Assembly: GCA_963692945.1 (NCBI GenBank) | Contig: OY843585.1 | Location: forward strand, 960,001-992,000 | Length of the DNA stretch: 32,000 nt | Direction of reading: 5' to 3' | Origin: Bdellovibrionales bacterium | GTDB taxonomy: Bacteria; Bdellovibrionota; Bdellovibrionia; Bdellovibrionales; UBA1609 | Part shown: positions 1 to 7,561 of the stretch, piece by piece | Layout of the letters: each line of letters opens with the position of its first letter | Numbering within the stretch: the first letter of the stretch is position 1 | Notes under the pieces: generated by a model | Databases searched by the model: none | What the model saw: only the letters and a program-made list of their open reading frames with translations | What the model was told of the DNA's origin: nothing | Program-made: the position numbers and the translations under genes

Positions 1-249
1 GCAAATGACTATGATGTTTGTTACAGATCAGGAACTTATATCTCTAAATCAAAACGATCAGGTCGTAGGCCTAACACAAGATGTTGGTTTCTCAATGCGG
101 GCCCTCATAGTTGTAAACCTGAAGGGGTGAACTCTGGAGTTATTGATTTAAAAGATCGTGATTATGAGTGTTATGATAAATTGGGGACATTTGGGAATTT
201 AAATGTTCGCGAAGCTTTTAATGTTGGTGATGATGAATTTCCTTATTAA
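1..249 (+). CDS. 3' end of a hypothetical Cys-containing protein, truncated at its 5' end by the window edge
   Basis: Frame +1 is open from base 1 to TAA at 247-249. That is 82 sense codons, which is unlikely by chance in AT-rich DNA. The fragment has 4 Cys and ends ...GDDEFPY. No start codon lies in the window. Confidence 0.5.
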   Translation, partial: ANDYDVCYRSGTYISKSKRSGRRPNTRCWFLNAGPHSCKPEGVNSGVIDLKDRDYECYDKLGTFGNLNVREAFNVGDDEFPY

Positions 250-277
250 AAAAAATAAATATTCAGGGAGGTAGTTT

Positions 278-889
278 ATGAAGTATTTTTTAGTGTTAGT
301 GTTCTTTTTATTTCTGGTTGATTGCGGTAGTGATAAAAAAACAGATGTTATTACCCCTGGTACAGGTTCTTTTGGTTCTTTAGCTTTTTCAAAAATCTGC
401 TCGGGAGGTTCTTTTCAAGTTTATAAAAAATCAGTTGTAGGTGCTGTTGGTCCCTCTCAAATTAATAGTTTACCTGTAGGTGCTTCTGTATCTGTTAAAG
501 GTGTTATAAATGATTCTCCTTGCCATTCAGGTAGTGTTAAATTCACTTGTGAGGGAACGGTTGCTATTGATACGAATAGGGCTATAATTTGTAACACAGG
601 AACGGTTCAAGGGGGAGTTGGTTCTTCTCTAACTACAACAACAACACAAAGCTCTAGTTTGATACCTAATCTATTACAGCAAAATACGGAATGTAATCCA
701 CTCACTCATTCTTGTGGTACTAACATAAACCCTCTAACAGCTCATGGTCATGGTTATGGTTCTGTGAATCTGATTCAGGGTCAAGTTCATACCTATGACA
801 ATGGAACTAAAGCTTATGTAAATATTGAGTTTCCTCGTCCTAGGGGACTTTCTGTTCATGGGAATTGTTCAACAGGATTCGCTTGTTGA
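278..889 (+). CDS. Hypothetical exported Cys-rich protein, possibly a lipoprotein
   Basis: The ATG is preceded by GGGAGG at 266-271. The N-terminus is hydrophobic (MKYFLVLVFFLFLVDCGSD) with a non-canonical lipobox-like Cys. There are many Cys residues and a TTTT/S-rich linker. I recognise no family motif. Confidence 0.7.
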   Translation: MKYFLVLVFFLFLVDCGSDKKTDVITPGTGSFGSLAFSKICSGGSFQVYKKSVVGAVGPSQINSLPVGASVSVKGVINDSPCHSGSVKFTCEGTVAIDTNRAIICNTGTVQGGVGSSLTTTTTQSSSLIPNLLQQNTECNPLTHSCGTNINPLTAHGHGYGSVNLIQGQVHTYDNGTKAYVNIEFPRPRGLSVHGNCSTGFAC

Positions 890-915
890 TTTTATAGTCA
901 TTCTTTTTTAAAGTT

Positions 916-1797
916 ATGTTATTAGATCAACAAGATGATTTTTTTAGAGATCTTTTATTTAACAAACAATATTCTGAAAACACTATCGCTGCTTATAGGA
1001 GAGACTTATTTATTTATCAAGAATTTTGTAAAACAAAAAAGCAAATTTCAGAATTTTATCAATATCTTACAAAAAAAAATTTAAGTCCAAAATCTCAAGT
1101 TCGTATTATTAGTTGTCTAAGAATGTATTTTAAATATTTACAAAGTTGTGGAATATCTACACCTGATATAAATATTTTAAAATTTCCTAAGTTAAAAAAG
1201 AAGTTACCAAAAATTATCAGTATCAAAGAATTTAAAGCTTTATTAGAGGCTTCTAGAGAGAAAGATAAAGTTTTAACCATTCGCAATCATCTTGTATTAA
1301 GTTTTTTATATGGTTTAGGTTGTAGAGTGAGTGAATTGGTTCATTTGGATTTAGAGGATTTTAATGCTACAGAATCTTGGGTGAATATAACAGGAAAAGG
1401 GAATAGACAAAGATTGTTACCTCTATCTAAAGACCTCTATGAACTTTTAAATTTTTATTTAAAAGAATCTCGTCCGTTGGTTGTTAAGACAGAAATGCAG
1501 GCTTTGCTTTTTAATAATAAAGGAAATCGTCCTTCCCGTATAGATATTTGGAGATGGCTTAAAAAATGGTCTCAACAAGCAGGTTTTGATGATGTTAAAA
1601 ATCCCCATTCTTTTCGTCATGGATGTGCTACGGGATTGTTAGAACGAGGGGCTGATTTGAGGAGTATACAAAAACTACTAGGTCATCTCAATATTCAAAC
1701 AACTCAAATTTACACTTCTGTTACTTCTAAGCATTTGAAAGAAACTGTTGATAGATGTCATCCATTCTCTCAATCTGAAACTTCAGTTGAAGATTGA
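916..1797 (+). CDS. xerD: Tyrosine site-specific recombinase, XerD-like
   Basis: Length is 293 aa. The N-terminal motif YSENTIAAYRRDL is typical of XerC/D. The C-terminal catalytic region is HSFRHGCATGLLERGADLRSIQKLLGH...TTQIYTSV (H-x-x-R, H and the Tyr nucleophile). Confidence 0.85.
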   Translation: MLLDQQDDFFRDLLFNKQYSENTIAAYRRDLFIYQEFCKTKKQISEFYQYLTKKNLSPKSQVRIISCLRMYFKYLQSCGISTPDINILKFPKLKKKLPKIISIKEFKALLEASREKDKVLTIRNHLVLSFLYGLGCRVSELVHLDLEDFNATESWVNITGKGNRQRLLPLSKDLYELLNFYLKESRPLVVKTEMQALLFNNKGNRPSRIDIWRWLKKWSQQAGFDDVKNPHSFRHGCATGLLERGADLRSIQKLLGHLNIQTTQIYTSVTSKHLKETVDRCHPFSQSETSVED

Positions 1798-1813
1798 TTT
1801 TTTAGAAGAAGAT

Positions 1814-2314
1814 TTAATTTTTATCTTCAGAAAAAAAATTGATTTTTTTTAGATTTTTACAGGTGTCATTTTGATCACATTGAGAGGAACCTAAGGGTCT
1901 TATAGGTTCTTCAACTGCGATCATTTCATATATAAACTCTGGAAGTTTAAATAAGGAGTTATTTAAAATAGTGAAATTTTCTTGTTGCAATTGTTCTGAG
2001 TAATGATTGATGCGAACTTCTTTTTCTTTTCGTTGTTGTTTTTGTTGAATAATAATTTTTTCTGAAAATTTTTTATGAACTTTATATTTAAGTTCATAGG
2101 CACAACGAGAGCATAAAAGGTTCAGTTGAGTCTTGATAGTCCCTTTGATCTTATAGGTTGAATCTCCTGTTGGTTCTATATGAATGCTTATATAGTAATC
2201 ATTATCTTCTATCAACTCTTTTAAAATTTGGTTTAAATCTTTAGATTGACGATCAAAGTGGAACTCCAAGCCTTTGCTTGGGATATTTTTAAGTTGAATA
2301 TTCAAATTTTTCAT
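1814..2314 (-). CDS. DUF177/YceD-family protein (large-ribosomal-subunit RNA accumulation protein family)
   Basis: Length is 166 aa. The pattern LLCSRCAYEL...KKF, followed by an acidic segment EFIYEMIAVEEPIRP...C..C, matches the YceD layout (CxRC, then D/E-rich ..P..P..C). Confidence 0.6.
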   Translation of the reverse strand: MKNLNIQLKNIPSKGLEFHFDRQSKDLNQILKELIEDNDYYISIHIEPTGDSTYKIKGTIKTQLNLLCSRCAYELKYKVHKKFSEKIIIQQKQQRKEKEVRINHYSEQLQQENFTILNNSLFKLPEFIYEMIAVEEPIRPLGSSQCDQNDTCKNLKKINFFSEDKN

Positions 2315-2435
2315 AACCTTAACTTTTGATTTAGGATTAATTTAGATAAATTACACATTAAAATCAAGATGTTTGTAGAAAATTCATTATTAAATTTACA
2401 ATTTTTTTTTTATTTGTAAAACTATATTTAGTTTT

Positions 2436-3341
2436 ATGATTTTCCCTAAAAAAACATTTGAAGAGAAAAGACAGGAGTTGAAAGATAAACTTAAGAGTCA
2501 AAAATGTCTTCGTTTTGTTGGGGCTTTTTCTCCCTTAGTGGCACAATTGATTGAAGAAAAGGGTTTTGATGGAGTTTATATTTCAGGTGCTGTGGTTTCT
2601 AATGATAGAGGATGGCCTGATGTAGGTCTTACCACTTTGAATGAAGTGGTTGATAGAGCGTCAAATATTGCTCAAATTTCTTCTTTGCCTTCTATTGTTG
2701 ATGCAGATACAGGTTTTGGAGAGTCTATGAATTGTGCTCGTAGTCTAGCAGAGATGGAGCAGAGAGGGCTTGCTGGTTTACATATAGAAGATCAGGAGTT
2801 TCCTAAAAGATGTGGTCATTTAGATAATAAAAAATTGATTTCTATGGAGGATATGGTTTTAAAAATACAAAGTGCTGTTAAGGTGCGTAGAGATAAAAAT
2901 TTTTTAATTATTGCCAGAACAGATGCTAAAAGTGTTTCTGGTATGGAAGAGGCTGTAGATAGGGCTAAGGCTTATTTAGAAGCAGGAGCGGATATGATCT
3001 TTCCTGAATCTTTATCTTCTATAAAAGAATTTGAGGAATTTCGTTCAAAAGTATCCACTTTTTTAATGGCAAATATGACAGAATTTGGTAAAACAGATAT
3101 TATTTCTCATAAGATTTTTAAAAAAATGGGATATGATATTGTTATTTATCCTGTTACCACTTGGCGTTTAGCTCTAAAAGCTGTAGAAGATGGTTTGGAT
3201 ATATTGTTTAAAGATCAACAAGAGAGTTTATTGAGTCATATGCAAACACGAAAAAGACTTTATGAGTTACTTGACTATGAAGGGTATAAACTTTTTGACA
3301 AAGAGGCTTTTAACTTTAAAATAAGTAAGGACAAAACTTAA
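2436..3341 (+). CDS. prpB: Methylisocitrate lyase (PEP mutase/isocitrate lyase superfamily)
   Basis: Motifs VDADTGFG, LHIEDQEFPKRCGHLDNK and IIARTDA are present. A short-type citrate synthase gene lies immediately downstream. Confidence 0.8.
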   Translation: MIFPKKTFEEKRQELKDKLKSQKCLRFVGAFSPLVAQLIEEKGFDGVYISGAVVSNDRGWPDVGLTTLNEVVDRASNIAQISSLPSIVDADTGFGESMNCARSLAEMEQRGLAGLHIEDQEFPKRCGHLDNKKLISMEDMVLKIQSAVKVRRDKNFLIIARTDAKSVSGMEEAVDRAKAYLEAGADMIFPESLSSIKEFEEFRSKVSTFLMANMTEFGKTDIISHKIFKKMGYDIVIYPVTTWRLALKAVEDGLDILFKDQQESLLSHMQTRKRLYELLDYEGYKLFDKEAFNFKISKDKT

Positions 3342-3352
3342 TAGGGAGAAAT

Positions 3353-4462
3353 ATGTTAAATAATAAAATATCTAAAGGTTTAGAAGGAATCATTGTTGAT
3401 GAAACAAGAATTTCTAAGGTTATTCCAGAAACCAGCCAACTTCTTTACAGAGGTTATTCTGTAGCAGATCTTGTTCAAAAATATTCTTTTGAAGACATTG
3501 TTTATTTACTTTGGGAAGGGGAGCTTCCAACAGAAAAGGAAAAGGAACAGTTTTCAAAAAAAGAAAAAAAGAAACGACCTTATTTAGATAAAGATTGTAT
3601 TGTTCTTTTAGAATCTATGAAAGATTCTCATCCTATGGATGTTCTTAGAACAATGATTAGCTATTGGGGGGCAAAAGGTTTTTCTTGGGATGAAACTTCA
3701 GAAGAAAGAAAGGACAAGGCGTTAAGGTTTTTAGCGGCGGCTCCTATTTTTATAGCGGCTCATTATAGATTGAGGAAAAAATTAAATCCTATTTCTCCAG
3801 ATACCAAACTTTCTTTTTCTGAAAATTTTTTAAAAATGTGTTTTGAACATATTTCATCTCCAGAGATGGTAGATTTATTTGATAAGACAATTATTCTTTA
3901 CGCAGAGCATGGATTTAATGCTTCTACTTTTACAGCCCGAGTGATTGCATCTACAACTTCAGATGTAGGAAGTGCTGTGACAGGTGCTATTGGAGCTTTA
4001 AAGGGGCCTCTTCATGGAGGAGCGAATGAAAAAGTTATGGAAATGATGAAAGAAATTGAAGAACCAAAGAAAGCAAGGGATTGGATTTTGAAAGCTTTAA
4101 AAGAGAAAAGAAAAATCATGGGATTTGGTCATAGGGTGTATAAGAAGCAAGATTCTAGGGTGGCTGCTATGTATGAATGTGCAAAGAAAATGGCAGAGAT
4201 AAAAGGTGAAGAGAAGTGGATAGAAATCTACGATATTTTAGTTCAAACTATGCAAGAAGAAAAAAACATTTATCCTAATTTAGATTTACCAGCTGGTCCT
4301 GCTTACTATTTAATGGGTTTTGATATTGATATGTTCACACCTTTATTTGTTATGAGTCGCATTTCTGGTTGGTGTGCTCATATTATAGAACAAAGAGATA
4401 ACAATCGTATCATCAGACCTCTTAGTTCTTATAAAGGTCCTGAACAGAGACAAGTTTTTTAA
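3353..4462 (+). CDS. prpC: 2-methylcitrate synthase / short-type citrate synthase
   Basis: RBS AGGGAG precedes the start. Citrate synthase motifs GPLHGGANE and GFGHRVYKKQDSR are present. Length is 369 aa. The gene is adjacent to prpB. Confidence 0.8.
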   Translation: MLNNKISKGLEGIIVDETRISKVIPETSQLLYRGYSVADLVQKYSFEDIVYLLWEGELPTEKEKEQFSKKEKKKRPYLDKDCIVLLESMKDSHPMDVLRTMISYWGAKGFSWDETSEERKDKALRFLAAAPIFIAAHYRLRKKLNPISPDTKLSFSENFLKMCFEHISSPEMVDLFDKTIILYAEHGFNASTFTARVIASTTSDVGSAVTGAIGALKGPLHGGANEKVMEMMKEIEEPKKARDWILKALKEKRKIMGFGHRVYKKQDSRVAAMYECAKKMAEIKGEEKWIEIYDILVQTMQEEKNIYPNLDLPAGPAYYLMGFDIDMFTPLFVMSRISGWCAHIIEQRDNNRIIRPLSSYKGPEQRQVF

Positions 4463-4623
4463 AAGAATAAATACAAAACTCTAGTTCAAAAGAACCCATT
4501 ATGTATTAGACTGAAAAATCTAAGTTTATTTTTACAGATTAAAAATGGAAAAAGAAGACAGTACTGTTTCATAAAATTCTATAAAATAAATAAACTCTTT
4601 TTGTTTTAATTTGAGGAAAGAAT

Positions 4624-6729
4624 TTATTCAAAAACAATTCTATCCAATAGGTCTATTTTTTTATCAGTAAATATTATATTTTTAGCTGGAAGTTTTTTTG
4701 AATAAATTCTTTGTTTTGTATCTTTTTTTATTATAACAATTTTCTTTCCTTTTTCAAGATGAGGAAGAGCTACAACAATAGGATAAGTGATTAACTCTTC
4801 TGTAGTGGATTGTTTGTTAAAAGAATCAATAAATTCAATACTTACTTTTGTAGAAATTTCTATAGAATAAAGTATTTTGGAAAAATTATCTAAAATTTGT
4901 ATTTCTAAATCTCCATTAGGATTTGAAGGAGTTAAAATCCCCTCTGCAACATATTCTAGCTCTGGTTCTATAAAATTTTGTTTGCTATATAGACTAGAAA
5001 AAATAATAATTTCTGGATCCTGCATGGGATCAGTTAAAGTTTTTAAAGATTTACTGTAAGTATCTCTATCTATCCATTGCTGAGAGATGTTTGAAGAATT
5101 TCCCATGATACTTACTGATTTTTTCACAAAACTCCAATTTGAATAATCCTTCCATTTTAGAGAACCATGAAATCCCTCAAATTTATTAAAACGAAAACAA
5201 TAATCTGTTTTTTGATGGAATTTACAAATATCATTGACTGATAGTTGTTTAAAACTTTTTTGATAAAATTCTTTTAACTGACCTAAAAGATGTCCCAGTT
5301 CGTGTAGAATTGTTCCCTTACCAGCTTGATCTATCCTTATAAAGCCTACATTTTCTGTTGTGGCTGGTGATTTTGTAAATATAACAAAACCTCCAACATT
5401 TTCTTTGTTTATTTGTTTGAAGTAATCTTTGGAAGCCACTGCAAATAACTTACTGAGTTGTTGTTTAATTCTTAATTTTTTAAGTGCCATTAAATCTTTT
5501 AAAATATATTTTGTTTGATCTGTATCAGACTCTTTTAAAGTTATAATTTTATCTTTAGATTCAATGAATGCAGCATCTCTTTTACTATCTTCAATTTTAG
5601 AGCTCTGTTTTGTTTTCATAGATTGATTTAAAAAAATCCATTGAGGAACATTATCTCCTTTATCAGGAACAGGAAAAATCTTCTTTAATAAATTAAAATC
5701 TAAAAGAGAGTCATTTATAAATGACTTCCAAAAGGGAGTGGAAAAAGAAAGGGCTTGTTCCATTAAAACAAATCCTATTTGTAATTTTCTTGTTTTATGA
5801 ATATTAAGAGTCAATGAAGTATTTAAACGGTCATTGAAACAGTTTTTATCATTTTTTAATCCAAAAGATATTTTAAAAAATCCTTCTTTGTTTAAAACTT
5901 CACCTTGATTCATAGGAAATATAACAATTTGTTTTAAAATATCTTTTTCATTGAAGTCATTTAAAGTGAAATGACAGTTTATTGGGGTTTTTTTAATCTC
6001 ATCAAAACATTTAGGTTTATAAGTTTTTTGATTGATAGTTATTGTTGGCTCTAAAACTTTATCAGAAAATACATTTTCTCTTTTTTTATAAGAAAGAACC
6101 ATAACAGCTGGTTTATCTTTTGTTAAATCAAAAGATTTGGAGTTGTTTTCTAAATCTATCTTTGGAGAAGGAACAACTTGATAAATCTCATAATCCACTA
6201 TTTCAAATAATAATTTATTAATTTTTGTCGTTATAGAAAGGTTTTGATTATTTGAAAAGAAAGAGTCATTCATAGAAAATAAAATATTTTTTGCTTTGGA
6301 AGGTATTTTAATATTGGTGCATTTTTTAGAATCCACTGGAAAATCAAAAGGGATGTCTGTTGGAAGTTTTGAAAATTTTGTTTTAAAACTAATTGGACTT
6401 TTCAAAACTTCATCTTCTAAAGGAATGAAATTTCCAAATTCATCTGTAAATACTCCTAATAGTTTATTTATTTGATTGTTACTAGAAGAAAATCCTATTT
6501 CTAAAACATCACTTTTTGCTGCTTTTATATCTTCCAAAGAAATAGAAGTTGGTTTTTCAGTTTGTTTGTCATGGAAATAATCTACAAATAAATAAGTTCC
6601 ATTTGGTTTAATATTTGTTGTTAACGCTAAAAGAGGGTTTGAAAAAAATAAAAATATCAAACTGCCAAGTAAAATCATATTTTTGAAAAAAGGGGTTTTA
6701 TATTCTTTTAATCTTTTTTGTAAAAACAT
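4624..6729 (-). CDS. Secreted HExxH zinc-metalloprotease-like protein (paralog A, 701 aa)
   Basis: RBS AGGAGG lies 9 nt upstream of the start, and there is an N-terminal signal peptide. The HELGHLLGQLKEFY motif is encoded at 5290-5304 (HELGH), followed by SIMG and WIDRDTY. The protein is alignable along most of its length with the 7562-10330 product. Confidence 0.8.
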   Translation of the reverse strand: MFLQKRLKEYKTPFFKNMILLGSLIFLFFSNPLLALTTNIKPNGTYLFVDYFHDKQTEKPTSISLEDIKAAKSDVLEIGFSSSNNQINKLLGVFTDEFGNFIPLEDEVLKSPISFKTKFSKLPTDIPFDFPVDSKKCTNIKIPSKAKNILFSMNDSFFSNNQNLSITTKINKLLFEIVDYEIYQVVPSPKIDLENNSKSFDLTKDKPAVMVLSYKKRENVFSDKVLEPTITINQKTYKPKCFDEIKKTPINCHFTLNDFNEKDILKQIVIFPMNQGEVLNKEGFFKISFGLKNDKNCFNDRLNTSLTLNIHKTRKLQIGFVLMEQALSFSTPFWKSFINDSLLDFNLLKKIFPVPDKGDNVPQWIFLNQSMKTKQSSKIEDSKRDAAFIESKDKIITLKESDTDQTKYILKDLMALKKLRIKQQLSKLFAVASKDYFKQINKENVGGFVIFTKSPATTENVGFIRIDQAGKGTILHELGHLLGQLKEFYQKSFKQLSVNDICKFHQKTDYCFRFNKFEGFHGSLKWKDYSNWSFVKKSVSIMGNSSNISQQWIDRDTYSKSLKTLTDPMQDPEIIIFSSLYSKQNFIEPELEYVAEGILTPSNPNGDLEIQILDNFSKILYSIEISTKVSIEFIDSFNKQSTTEELITYPIVVALPHLEKGKKIVIIKKDTKQRIYSKKLPAKNIIFTDKKIDLLDRIVFE

Positions 6730-6765
6730 AGTAAAAGCCTCCTGCTTTCTTTACATACAAAATCT

Positions 6766-7158
6766 TTAGTTTAAATTCTCTAGATAAGGCTTAACTTTTA
6801 AATCATTTTGACAGTTTTTATTAAAAAAAGACTGCCAAGTATGACGGATAATCTGCTCTGAATTTTTGGATTGCATTTCTATTTGTTTTACAATGCTTTC
6901 ATTTTTTTTAAGACATTCTTGAGAGTGAGTCTTAGTTTTTTTAAATTCTAAAGTACATTTAAAAGTCCAATAAACACGATTGCAATCCTTATTTGAAAAA
7001 TGGTTTTCAAATGGTGAATTTTCTGGCTTTCTATCTTTTGGCACATTATCTATAGTTTCAAATTTCCCCCCATCTATCTCTTCACTTTTATCTGAGTCTT
7101 TTGAAGAGCTACAACTTAAGATATTTATTATAAATAAAACTAAAAAAATATATTTCAT
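6766..7158 (-). CDS. Small hypothetical lipoprotein (130 aa), co-oriented just upstream of paralog A
   Basis: I prefer the internal ATG at 7158, because it gives MKYIFLVLFIINILSCSSSKD (signal peptide plus lipobox). The longer ORF from 7281 only adds a non-signal extension. The mature part has 4 further Cys. A 36 nt gap separates it from the next gene. Confidence 0.65.
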   Translation of the reverse strand: MKYIFLVLFIINILSCSSSKDSDKSEEIDGGKFETIDNVPKDRKPENSPFENHFSNKDCNRVYWTFKCTLEFKKTKTHSQECLKKNESIVKQIEMQSKNSEQIIRHTWQSFFNKNCQNDLKVKPYLENLN

Positions 7159-7447
7159 AGAAATTCTTATTCTACACAATGATATTAAACTGTCTAGCTT
7201 TTCATTTTTAAAAAAATAAAATCTGTTAAATCTTAAAATTTGCTCGTAAAAAAATAAATTAGAATTATTTAAATTAAACATTCTTTATAAAAAAGTTTTT
7301 TTCATCTCACGAAAAATGTCTCAAAATGAAACTATTTTTTATTCTAGACTAAAGCTTAGTACTTATTTTTCAGATCATTTTTTCGTAAAAAAACTCTTTG
7401 TTTATAGGTTTTTTAAAAGAATATCTAATTTTTCATAAATATTTTTG

Positions 7448-7478
7448 TTTTATTTTGAGATATTTTTTCAAAATAAAA
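7448..7478. promoter_or_regulatory. AT-rich inverted repeat in the divergent intergenic region; possible operator
   Basis: TTTTATTTTGA (7448-7458) and TCAAAATAAAA (7468-7478) are perfect reverse complements with a 9-nt loop. The repeat lies about 85 nt upstream of the 7562 start. Confidence 0.25.
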
Positions 7479-7561
7479 TAAAAAACAATTTTATTTTTAA
7501 AAAAATTATGATTGAATTATTTCTTGTGTAAAATTTCATAAATAAACAAGGAGGTTTAAAA

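Noticed and set aside
916-1797. XerD could be the integrase responsible for the tRNA-linked scars.
   Set aside because: It has the size and motifs of the housekeeping XerC/D dif recombinase. It lies more than 10 kb away, separated by core metabolic genes, and it is not adjacent to any att-like repeat.
4475-4492. A 12-nt match (CTCTAGTTCAAA) to the junction of repeat B, downstream of prpC.
   Set aside because: For about 900 query positions against 64 kb of two-strand AT-rich sequence, a few 12-mer matches are expected by chance. No flanking similarity exists.
7159-7281. The upstream extension of the small lipoprotein ORF (start at 7281). Analogous over-extended starts occur at 19844 (TTG), 20787 (GTG) and 11327 (TTG).
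   Set aside because: The extensions add non-signal, low-complexity residues in front of canonical signal peptides or conserved N-termini. The internal ATGs give the expected protein starts. The 20787 and 30281/30344 cases remain genuinely ambiguous.
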